In this document: in pieces, positions 47,531 to 58,381 of the stretch
Layout: each line of letters opens with the position of its first letter
How positions within the stretch are numbered: the stretch's first letter is position 1
DNA from: Callorhinchus milii
Taxonomy: Eukaryota
NCBI RefSeq assembly: GCF_018977255.1
Contig: NW_024704743.1
Location: forward strand, 112,036,001 to 112,100,000
Direction: 5' to 3'
DNA length: 64,000 nucleotides
Program-made: the position numbers and the translations under genes
Notes under the pieces: generated by a model
What the model saw: only the letters and a program-made list of their open reading frames with translations
The model's database searches: none
What the model was told of the DNA's origin: nothing

Positions 47531-49547
47531 ATATGCCTTGAGGCCAATTGAATAGAGGCAATTGGCCTTAAGACATATCCTTTATAGAAAGGATTTGAGA
47601 AGTGGTGAAAAGTGCTCCCTGTTATTCCCATTACAAGCTGCTCCATTAAAGGAGGTCATCCGCCCATGAGCTGAGGTGTTTGTTCGAGTTGGAGTGCCAA
47701 TGGGCAAACTAGAGGGGAAGGAAGCTGTTCCATCAACATCAACCTTGTGTGGGTATCACAGCGGAAGTATCCAGCACAGGCTTGATGAGCTGAATGGCCT
47801 CCTTCTGTGCTCTAATATTCTATGATTTTATGATCTCCAGCAGCCGAATCAGTGAAAATAAAGTGGCTGCCTGGGGCCAAGTGGTCATGGGCAGATGCAG
47901 GAAATGTTTAAGTATATTCATGGAAAGTCTACATGCCCATCCCATCTCAGGTAGGAGGGTGCCATTCCTGGAATGGTGATATAAATGGTTAGCTGCCAAA
48001 TTGTTGGCAAACTTGTTGAAAAATGCTCGAAGTGTCTCTTGACATCTTAAAATTGTGTAGCAATTAACACGACCAATACATCTACAAACACCAACAGGCG
48101 GCTCATTTTGTTCAGGCATGCTGTGCAGATGAGGGGATGGTCTGTGACACGTGCCAGCACAGAAGCTTAGGTCTGGATTAATACTGACAGACAAACAAAA
48201 GAGCTTTAAATGAAACATACTGGTCTGAACTCATCCCCTCAAACTTTCAAGATCTTTTTTCAAAGCCAGAGGGAATTAATAGTTTTGTGTGTTTAATATT
48301 TCCTCGTCAATAAACGGTTCTCTATACTTAATAACACAATATCACAATAATTTTATCTTAGCCTTGAAGGGATGTGTGTGAGCTGAGTCATTTATTCCTG
48401 AAGCTTTTGCCCATTATAGATAGCATTGTACAACTAGAGGTTCACATCTGCCTTTTTTTTCTTTAAGGGTGCAAACAGATGAATGAAGGGTTTGAGGCTC
48501 AGCACAAGCACTCAGATAGAAACAGCTTTTCACAATTGTTCTGCCTTTCTAAGCCAACATATCTGGCACATGTAAATGAGCTTGAACCCTACCTCTGCGA
48601 CCTCCTCAACCCCGACCACCCGGTCACTCCCAGATGATCAGCAGCTCTGCGCCCACTCTTCGGAACTCCACCTCGGAGTTTCTTCAACTCACTTTCTCCC
48701 TCCCATCAATCAAGATCTACCTCTTTGACTGTGCTTTTGGTTACCTTTCCATTCCCTACCTCCCTTGGCTCCCACCCCCAGCTTGGTATCAAGCCAGGAT
48801 TGTTAAGCACATTAGGATATCCTCTCAAAATGAAAAGCACTGTATACATGTAAAATTTGCATTTGAAACTATGTTTACTGCATTCCTACAAGCCTTAAGT
48901 AAACAGAGTGTTGAAGTTTCTCTGACTTACGGAAATCAATGAGGAAATTGATGGTCAGCCATTACCCAACCGTTAAAATGATTTTAATTGTTTTGTGACG
49001 TTACAGGATTTATTCCCCTGAAACCCCCCCAAAAAGTTCAGAATTTTGATCCTAAATAATGTATTTTTCTTTAAAACCACTCCCAAATTATTTCACACAT
49101 TTTAATTATCATTTGTAATATATTGTACAGAAATTCAACCCAAATGCTTTCCACTCAGTGATTCAAAGAATTTGTATTTCAAAGATGTTAACCGGTAAGG
49201 GTAGATAGGAGGATGGTTAGATAGGCAAGTGGACAAGCAGATACAAAAACAGATTTGCTCATTCTTTCCATGAATGCAAAGGAATTATGACACTAAATTA
49301 TGGCATTTGTATCTTCATTTAAATATGACAGGCTTTAACAGGTATTTCCTACATCAAGCAATTAAAACTAGGTATTTATGCCATGAAAATCCCATGTTTA
49401 CAAACGTACAGCTTTCAAAGTTTTTGTTTTAAAATCAAGTGACGAGAACTCATTGCAACTCAGTTAAATAATCCCTTTGCTCCTTGTGGGTCTGCCTCAC
49501 AAAGCTGTGACCACCTCACACATCAACCAGTCAGGTATGATAATACG

Positions 49548-49643
49548 TCAGTCTCGGACGCTAGAGACAAATGAATTACACATGAAGTTGGTATTTGAGT
49601 CTCGGAAATCATCCAAGAGGTCAAGATCTTTCTTCACCATGAA
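49548..49643 (-). CDS. Candidate exon (FMVKKDLDLLDDFRDSNTNFMCNSFVSSVRD* in phase 0)
   Basis: Acceptor tttttattctacatatcttacaaag, protein-like composition, unique sequence. Not recognised. Confidence 0.2.
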   Translation of the reverse strand, partial: FMVKKDLDLLDDFRDSNTNFMCNSFVSSVRD

Positions 49644-51204
49644 CTTTGTAAGATATGTAGAATAAAAACAGGTTAAGCTAAAGGTTAGGGACATCACCAG
49701 ACACTACGCTTATAAACTCAACAGTGGTTCCCTAAGTATGTAGGAAACACAACATTCAAGTACTTTGTGTGGTTTTAGCTTACTGTTCTATTCTTAACTC
49801 TAGGGGAGCTGAATGACAGAAAATGCAGGGAGGAAAAGTTAGCATTCAAAGCCCAAACCTGCTGCTAAGCTGGTATTTTGTATTGATTTTTTCTTGAAGC
49901 CTGTAATGTGGAAAGCTTGTAACAGTGGGTGAGGTAAATATCATTTTATTTGCTCAAATAGGCTTAGATTGGATTGAGATGAAAAACTCTGGACTGCCTA
50001 AATCAAGACTGAAAGCAGCAATTACACATTATTGTTCCTAGCTGTAACAAGGTCATTAAAAGGGTTGGCAAGGCAGGCTTAGGATAATTTCAGTCAGACA
50101 GATGCGTTTTGAAGGTTATAAAATGGAGGAATAATTTTTCTCTAGAGAAGGGGACTATAAAAGCAAAACATATCAGTTATAAGATTTTTTTTTACAACAC
50201 TCCCAGTTACAATCGCGCTGAGATACATCACTTAACAGAAGAGGTTTATCATTCAGGAATTCACATTCGCAGTGCTTTACCTCTGATGTAAATAAAACTT
50301 GATAAATACATCTGCAGGTTGTGAATAAGAATAAGTGGCGTCAAACTTTCTCTAAATTCTGATCTTAAATGAAAAATTGTGAAGGTGAAGAGCAAAAGTT
50401 GAAGTGTTATTTTGTTACAGACATTGCTTTATTATTACAGGTTCCCAGTGTACAAACAGGTTGCTATTTTATTCAGCTCTGGCTTACTTATGTTATGTTT
50501 TGTCCATTCTGTCTCCTCATTGATGTTTTTACTCTCCACGTCTCATTACGCACCTCCAGTCACAAATTTACATCTGAACGTTTTACATAAAGGGGAACAA
50601 ATGAATAAAAGATGCGAACGCACAAAAGTGCTCAGAATAAAATCAAGCAACAAAGTTTGGAGTTTAAATTGCAATGAATTCCTAAGCCCATCTCGTCTCC
50701 AGTCTATTTTATTTCCCCCTTTGTTGAGTACATCAAAAGCTCCCCACCAATATTTTACTCCCAGATCACTCATTTTGAAATGTCATGCGGCAGTGACTTG
50801 CACAGCTACTTACAAGATGTATGTTCACACTTTCTTTCTTGGAAACCTAAGTGACAGTCACCCTTTTCTTTTTAACTATTCCTCTTACTTAGCACTGAGG
50901 ATTCCGCAATCTTGTCTCCCTTTAGCTGAAACAATGTTTTTTTCCTCAAACAAACGTTGAAAGGAAGACCCTCTGATGGAGGGATACATTTCTTTCACAT
51001 TGCCGTTCACTGTGGAGGTTTGTTATATCTACCCACTTTATTGATATGGCTGTGCGCAATTGGCTGCTGCGTTTCGCCCACAAATACACAGTGAATTCAC
51101 TTTACAATAATCTGTGAAGAGCTTTGAAACACCTCAACAACAGGATAGGCTATACCAAATGCAAGGATTATTTATTATTATTATCCTATTAAAGGTTAGC
51201 ATTG

Positions 51205-51400
51205 TTAGCTCTCCTGGTGGCTTAATGGGTAAAGGCATCACCTGGTATATATAGCAATAAAGCTGTACACACTGGAAAGTTGCAGGTTCAAATCCATACT
51301 GAGTTAGCTGGTCTCACACAGGTCTCATCTGGGTTGCACTTGGGGGATTACAATTATTCTCAGAATCGGTGCTTTTCTGTGGTCAGCCAACAAAAGCAGC
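51205..51400 (+). mobile_element. Ancient tRNA-derived SINE head (unassigned family)
   Basis: TGGTGGCTTAATGG (A box), AGGTTCAAATCC (B box), CTGAGTTAGCTG. A related antisense remnant lies at about 38420-38525. Confidence 0.45.
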
Positions 51401-52347
51401 TGTAAGCAATGTCTCAGTCCATCTTTCCTCCCTTATGTAGTATTCAGTCATATGTCTACATGTGAACATTTTGGTTCCTGGAGTGGAATATCCCCAGCGA
51501 GACACACCCTTTTCCCCTAATTTCAGAGAAAATGAGGCGCAGGTTGGCAAAAGTCAAGGCTTGAGTGCCTCAGACTGTGTGTTGGGGTACTGCTGGAGTT
51601 TAACCAGCTAAAACTCCATAGCTTGCTATTGAATAAACTATATGGCAAGCTGTTCCCTGACTTCTTTCAGGGTTTGTTTTGAGACCTACTTCTTTGACCA
51701 CACTTTTGGTCACCTTTCTCCTCCCATTTCCAGTTCAGTTCCTGGAAAGCCAACACCTTGTGACGTCCTCCTGAAGTGAAAGGCTTTATATGAATGTAAA
51801 TTTGTATTGTATAGATAAGGCCACTCTACCAAACAGGGCTTTAGCTTGTAGGGCTAACAAGTGGGAAGAAACCCTGCCCCAGTCTATCCCTTCAAGTCCT
51901 GCACAGTATGAGATGGTGACTGTGTGGAGTAATTATCAAGTCGATCTACATGTCTTTATATATGTATTGATTGGGAACTTCTGCTTTTTTGCAATTCGGT
52001 GTTGTTAGGCCGGCATATCAATTAAACAGGACAACTAAGGGACCACTTTCCCCTCCTCATCCCCCTTCAGCTCCCATCCTTAGCTCTGGTTCCCAGTCTG
52101 AATTGTCAGTGCTTTGGGACATCGTCTTGATGTGCAAGGCTCTATGTAAGTGTATTATACTGTCTAAGTTTCTGGTTATTGGTTCATGGGTACTTGTCTG
52201 ATACACTCCCACATTCTTAGAAAGATGTTTGGATTTGAAGCAATCGTTCAGTGCAACACAATCCCAAGACCACTCCTCTCTGTGGCCTTTATTCTGACAG
52301 ACCCCATCATAAGGGCTGATCACTGTCTCAATGTGATTCTAACTGAC

Positions 52348-53381
52348 CGCGAGTCATTGGAATGCAATAACACAGCAATACTGAATGCCAAAACGTCCTG
52401 AGAAAACAAACAAATAGCATTTTAGATCAATCCACTAATTTCTGCAGTAAAGAGTCCAGCAGCTTGTCTACTGTAAAGTGGACGACCAGTCAATTTACAG
52501 CACAGCGATCGCCTTGTACTGTACTATCATTTGCTCTTTCTCCACTATTCTGGAAGTAAACCTGCAGGAGACGGAAGAGAAGACCGACTGGATTTAATTG
52601 CATTCATTCCAAAATAAAAGGATGTAACCAGAGTCAAAATAAAATATTGAAGTTCAAACCCGTATCCTTCAAATCATTCCACTTATGAAAATAGTTTTAT
52701 ACATTTACTGTGAAGACAAGCGCAACATTTATGCAGCACGACTGAATCGCACAAGCCTTGAGTTCATATTGCCTTGTTGTCATGTACGGCTAATTCTTTA
52801 TTTTAATGTTGTGAACTTGCTCTGTTCCGAGCTACAAGGGCAGTGGGTTTGAGTGGAGACTTACCTAGTTCTGAAGCCTACTGGTAAAGAATAGAGATTC
52901 AAGCAAAAATGCTTTGTACTGTCTTGTGCTGTAATAAAGAGGGTCACTACAGAATATTAGAGAGAGAACTTCCAGTGTTGTGTTCATTGGTTATTTTCTT
53001 TAAACGTCTCTCTGAGATTACATACTTCGGTAAAGATTTTCTCAAACAGTATATCCGACTGGTGATAGAAGTTGTAGTGAAAACCCAGTTTATATTCCCA
53101 CAGATGTCTAACAAGCTGAGGATATGGTCATAGATTACAGGCAGNAAAAAATCAATAGCCCAGTGTCTCTAAGGCATCGATACAGATTAGGTATCTCAGC
53201 TAGGAAGCAGCTAGTGATCTCAGCTACCAACAGAGATTCGTAAAAGTCATTTGGTTGTTAAAATTCTTTTTTTCTGCATGGCTTTCAGGTCATAAAATGA
53301 AACGAGTACCGATTTTTCCATTCTCCGCTTGTCTTTGTAACTGAAGAAATGTCCAAGTATCCTGGTGATTTCTCATTTACT
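52348..53381 (-). CDS. Cluster of four candidate small exons (53310-53381, 52865-52880 or -52928, 52499-52561, 52348-52397)
   Basis: Acceptors gttctttgtactcgcag, ctctattctttaccag, tcttctcttccgtctcctgcag and tttgtttgttttctcag. Donors gtactc, gtaagt, gtaaat and gtcagt. One frame stays open across all junctions. Confidence 0.25.
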
Positions 53382-54303
53382 CTGCGAGTACAAAGAACAC
53401 TTGAATTTACAAACGTAGGCACTTGTGGTCAGCAATTTTCTGAAGAAGCACAAAAGTCTCCTCATTCTGAACATAGTTACTTAGGAAGCTTGACAGAATT
53501 TGTCAATCATTTCCCAACCTTCAAAGACGTGCTTTATATTCTCTTGTATTGTGCTTAATTCTTTGATCGCAATTACATATTCCAAGGAATAGATCATTTG
53601 TTGAATTAGGAAAAAAGAAAACATCATTCATATTTTGCATTAGGTGCTGGTAAATTAAACAATGCTACATTTTTACTGTGTCTCCTTGTACAGCTTATTC
53701 ATTTCTGTGTGGTCCAGGCATTTTATATTCTAGCACCATTATCTTTCCCAATGCTGTATGCTGCATTTTCCAATCACAACCAAGTCATTGAGAAAAAGTA
53801 GGTGCTGAACAATCTCTTCTTACCACAGCTGTACATCATTAAAAAAAGAATGAAACGATAATTTAGTAAAAAGAGCTGCAACCCTCTGCTGCTACATTTC
53901 AGTACAAAGGGGCGAAGATTTGAAATCGCAACAACTTGCATTTATACAGCGGCCTTCCCCAGGACAGTGTTTCAGAGCAAGATAATTACAATACTTTTCC
54001 ATTGCACAAGCACTCATTCCTAAACATTTCAAGTGCTTCAAGATGCTACTTCACATGGATGGTGGTATATAAATACAAGTTGTTGTGGTTGTAAACATTG
54101 CCAATTCTTTGTGATCTTTATAATCTTTGCAATCTTTGTAACCTGAAAAGATACTGTGCTGCAAAAAAGATGTTAAAGTGAGCTTTTATAATGTGCGCTG
54201 ATTATAAAGTCTATATAAATGAAGTTGTTGTAAAGTCAGTGTTTTTACTGCTTAAACCATTGACACGTGTGTGTATGAGCAGCCACTGCTCTCAGTTCTG
54301 GCT

Positions 54304-54675
54304 CATAAGACCAGTTCGGATGAAAAATGTCTTTCGGCCCTTCTGATCTCATCCTTCCAGAAAATTCCCTGTACCATCATCCCATCACAGCATCAAGCTG
54401 CTTTCTTAAATGAGTCCAATGTCCTAGCCTCAACCACCCTTCCTAGCAACCTGATCATCCTCTGTTCAAAGAAACCTTCCTGGCATCTGTCCTGAAATTA
54501 CCTTTTACAACTCTAAATCTATTTTCACTTGTTCTACTGTTTTGATACATCTGAAAGTATTGTTCTGAGTTTATTTTGGCAATCTCATTTAAAATGTTTT
54601 ACAAGGTCCCCTCTGAGTTGTCTTCTTTCAAGACTGAAGAGTCCGAGCTTTTCTAATCGTTACTCATAGCTCAGT
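54304..54675 (-). mobile_element. Old CR1 3' fragment
   Basis: Antisense of YE*RLEKLGLFSLERRQLRGDL. The 3' UTR is homologous to 19400-19655. Confidence 0.8.
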
Positions 54676-54999
54676 ATATGACAGAACATTGGGGAAATTG
54701 TTTTCCATCCATTTGTTATTGTAGATCTGAAAGTGTTACAAATAAATCACAGCCCTGATTCCACATATGATCGAACTGCAGACACCCACTCACCCCTAGT
54801 TTGTACCTGAGCTGGAATTCAGTCCCAAAAGTAACATATTCATGATTAATTCACGATTTACAGATGTTCTACCCTAATTTCCACCTTTGAAAAATGAACA
54901 ATTATAATTCTAAAGAGCTGTCATTGTTGATCTAGTGGCCCCTTCAAGATAACATGACAAGCAGCACATTTGATCTTACTATATCAAATTGTTTTACAT

Positions 55000-55290
55000 A
55001 ATAATTATAATAATCTTGGAATTTAACATTGGGTTTTATCACGTCAGGAGTAACATCTCAAAGAGCTTTGCAGGATTTTATTGTAAACTGTAGTGACTCT
55101 CTATTTTGTAGGTGAACACAGCAGCTAATTTGTGCTTAGCAATGTCGCATTATGACCAATTTTACCTGGAGGGTTTATTGGCCAGAACACCAGGAGAAAT
55201 GCTTTCTCTTTTCAAACAGCACCATGGGATCTTTAACACCCCCCTGAGCTAGCACACTGGACCTCAGTAATAACATCTCATCCGCCGAAG
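55000..55290 (-). mobile_element. Deu-domain SINE, diverged
   Basis: TTGGCCAGAACACCAGGAGAAA...CCATGGGATCTTTAACA...TAACATCTCATCCG. Confidence 0.8.
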
Positions 55291-55914
55291 GATAGATAAT
55301 TGTCAAGCGCTTTGAGGTGTCCTCCTGACGTGAAATTGCATTATAGTCTTGAAGAAGGATATCCCTTAAAATTCAGGAAGGTATTGGTGATGTACAATTC
55401 TGCATTAAAATACCACTTTCGGCATTTTAAGTGGTAGTTTAATGGCTATCAGCAAATATTTATTAAGAAAACAGGCAACCAAGGACTTAACCACATGATC
55501 AGTATGTAATGTAATCCTTGCTTTTAACAACCAACAGCTCGGTGTCCCACAACTTGTTTTCCAAAAGAATTTTATTGAATACCTGTCAAAGGTTACATGG
55601 TTAGGGCGCGCCCTTTTGATTGCTTGAAAGGAAAAGTGGGCACAGGTCACCATTAAAGAACCAAACAAATCAACCAATACAATAAGGAAATGGCGATAAT
55701 AGCACTTCCCTGGTGTGAATGTAATCGAGACAGAAATCTTTAACAGCAGAAGTTTAACTGCGTGGGGATGTAGTTTAGGTTCAAGACAGAGTCAGGGAGC
55801 ACCAAACAGATATCAATAAATGACAAGAAGGAAATACTGAGCGAATTTTACAATGGAGGGGGTTTGGGCAAGTATCACTTGATACAGTGCCTATCATGTT
55901 GGGAGGATGTCTTA

Positions 55915-56690
55915 AAGACAATACAGCACAGAAACAGGCCACCTGGCCCAACCAATCTTTGCTAGGGCTTATACTCTACACGAGTCTTCACCCATTCCTT
56001 ACTCTCTCCCATACCCTTCTATACCCCTCTCCCTTATGTGAAGGTCCAGCTTCCTCTTGAATGCATCTACACTATGTGATTAAACCTTTACTTCAGGCAA
56101 TGAGTTCTGCAATGTCACTATCCTCTGCGTGAAGTAGGTCCTCCTAAATACTCAGGAGTCCTATATCTCAGTGGTTAGAGGACTCGTCTCGCAATAAAGA
56201 GACCTGGGTTCGATTCATGGCAGGGCAAACCTTGGGCAAGTTTCCTTGCTTCACACGCCTGATAATTATCCCTCAAGAAAAAACCCAATAATAAATTGGT
56301 CACTTCAATCTACGACTGTTTGTGGGACACTGCTGCCGAGTTTTGCCCTCAAATATAGTCAATTCACTTTACAATATATTCTGTGAAGCGCTTTGAAATG
56401 TCTAGAAGACGTGAAAATATATCAAATACAAAGATTGTTATTATTAATCTTTCAAATCCCTTATTCACTATCTTAAATTTGTGTCCCCTGGTTGTAGATT
56501 CCCCAACCAGTGGAAATAGCCTATTTATATTATTTATTACAACATTTTTTTAAATTTAGCACAAATGCGCCTTTTATAATTTCAAACACCTCTATTAGGT
56601 ATCTCCTTAAAAGTCTCTAGCAAAAAATGGCCTAATCTATCCAGTTTACCCTGATATCAGTAACCTGCCATCCCTGATATCATCATCGTA
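55915..56690 (-). mobile_element. CR1 3' fragment split by a family A SINE
   Basis: CAGCACAGAAACAGGCC terminal motif. Sequence resumes after 56446 (GTGTCCCCTGGTTGTAGATTCCCCAACCAGTGGAAA), homologous to 8640-8830. Confidence 0.8.
56155..56446 (+). mobile_element. SINE family A, short form, intermediate age (TAGAA loop)
   Basis: GGAGTCCTATATCTCAGTGGTTAGAG...GGGTTCGATTC...CCTTGGGCAAGTTTCC...TGTCTAGAAGACGTGAAAA. Confidence 0.9.
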
Positions 56691-56864
56691 AAGCATGGTC
56701 TCCTTGGAGTCGAGCTGGCTCCAAGTTGACATGTTTTGCAACGTGATCGAGTCAACTTAATGTGATGGTCTCGGTAGTCCAGTTCCTGAGCCAAGCTAGT
56801 CCACAGTCCTTCAGGGCATAGCTGATGACAGGCCAGACAACTGATTACACCCGATCCCGAATGC

Positions 56865-57195
56865 TGCCCAATCTTTCATTCCTTGCTTCTCATTACAAAC
56901 ATGGGAAACATTTTTACTGCTTTTAGCGACAGTGGGCATTAGACCTAAACGCCAAGGTTTCACACTGGTTCATTGAGTTTGAGAGAGAGGCTGGGAAGGT
57001 TGAGAAAGTCAGACCCTGAAGCAAGGAGACATTGGTGGGAGTCGAAGTGAATGGCTTCCATCTTGCCCACGTTTAGTTGGAGAAAGTTGTGGCTCAGCCA
57101 GCACTTGATGTCTGACAGGCAGGTGAATCAAGGATAGAAGTGGAGAGAGAGATTTGGGAGACATCCAAGTACATATGGAAACCTATCCTGTGTGA
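56865..57195 (-). mobile_element. Old L2 RT fragment
   Basis: Minus strand CLSDIKCWLSHNFLQLNVGKMEAI and VKPWRL motifs. Confidence 0.7.
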
Positions 57196-57261
57196 CGTTA
57201 GTATTACTATGCTCATAGATTAACATCAAGGCTGGTATCCAATATTCAGTAAATACAACAT

Positions 57262-57420
57262 AATTTATACTTGTACAGCATCTTTCACGGCAGCAAAATG
57301 TTCCTCAGTGCTTTGCAATTCTGGATGGGCACCGTAACTTTTTTCGGGAGTTCGGGGGTGGGGGGTTGGGGGTGGACGGGCAGGGGATGGTAGGGGTTTT
57401 GAGGCGTGTACCTTGAACGA
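57262..57420 (-). mobile_element. L2 3' end
   Basis: Antisense of FKVRLKT, C-rich linker, CGTGAAAGATGCTGTACAAGT and TTGTAT tail. Confidence 0.65.
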
Positions 57421-58159
57421 GGGAGCAAATAAACCTTGGTTTGCTTGAGACCTCCAAACCTGTGCCTGTTAATGCACTTCTCTGCAAAATTTAGTATTAA
57501 AAAAAGTAGCAATTCTAACAAAATACTCACTAAAGTGATCCTTTCCAGAGATTAGTTCATAATACTAAATCAAGCCTCACCTTTAAGAATCATGATTAGT
57601 GACCAACCACAGTTAAGGAGCAATTCTTCTGAAGTATCATTTCCAGCCTGTTACACAGATCTGTGTGTGCAGCATGAAGCTACAATGAAACCAATCCCTT
57701 TGATATATTTTACAATTCTTAGAAGTTCCGCTTAGCTTTTTACACAATTTACAGTGGCACAGGCTCTCCAAAACACACTAAACTTGCAGGATTAAGTACA
57801 AATAAGTACGGGGTTTGTAGTTATAATAAAATTATTTTTGGGGGAGGGTAACTTTACACTCTGAAACTGGGGCAAGTGAAACATTAATAATCCCAAAGGT
57901 TTTCTTAACAGATAGTCATCTGCTTTGCTTTTACATTTAAATAAATAAGAATGGCAATTCAAGTAGTTGAAAAGAAAAATAATAAACAAGACCAGAGTTT
58001 TAAAGGATAGAATCGGCAGTGGAGCAAGCATAAACCTTGAATGAAAACAATTCCTCAAAGCCATAACCTTCAGATTGCTCGGTATTTAACCAACATCCTT
58101 GATTATTTAATACATTTACAGCCTTTGTTTTTCTTGCTTCCCCTCCTCCAGTGAAAGAC

Positions 58160-58381
58160 ATTTGAGAAGAGACTTCCTCCTGGTGTCCTGGCCAACATTT
58201 CCCTCCAATTAAAACTGATCATTCGCTTCTTGGCTGCTTGGGGTCATTGCAGCGAACAAATCAGCTGCTGCATTTGCCTGCAAAATACACAGTCACTACA
58301 CTTTACAGTGAATTCTGTGAAGCACTTTGAGAAGGTCTCCTGATGTGGAAGGGGCTGTATCAAATGCAAGGATTATTATTC
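58160..58381 (+). mobile_element. Deu-domain SINE 3' half
   Basis: GGTGTCCTGGCCAACATTTCCCTC...CAGTCACTACACTTTACAGT...GCAAGGATTATT. Confidence 0.85.

Noticed and set aside
50412..50960. 182-aa ORF in unique sequence
   Set aside because: Non-ATG start, no recognisable domain, Leu/Ser/Phe-rich composition typical of AT-rich non-coding DNA, and no convincing splice boundaries.
52348..52397. In-frame TGA reading (RFGIQYCCVIAFQ-TGA-LA) joining the 49643 exon in phase 0, as a possible selenoprotein
   Set aside because: No selenoprotein family is recognisable, I could not identify a SECIS downstream, and the exon has two other open frames.
53145..53145. Single N bases (53145 and 63568)
   Set aside because: Both adjoin homopolymer runs and are assembly ambiguities.
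56700..56760. Two adjacent hairpins (CTTGGAG...CTCCAAG and AAGTTGAC...GTCAACTT)
   Set aside because: The stems are short and lie between decayed LINE fragments, probably the end of another old retroelement. I cannot assign them.
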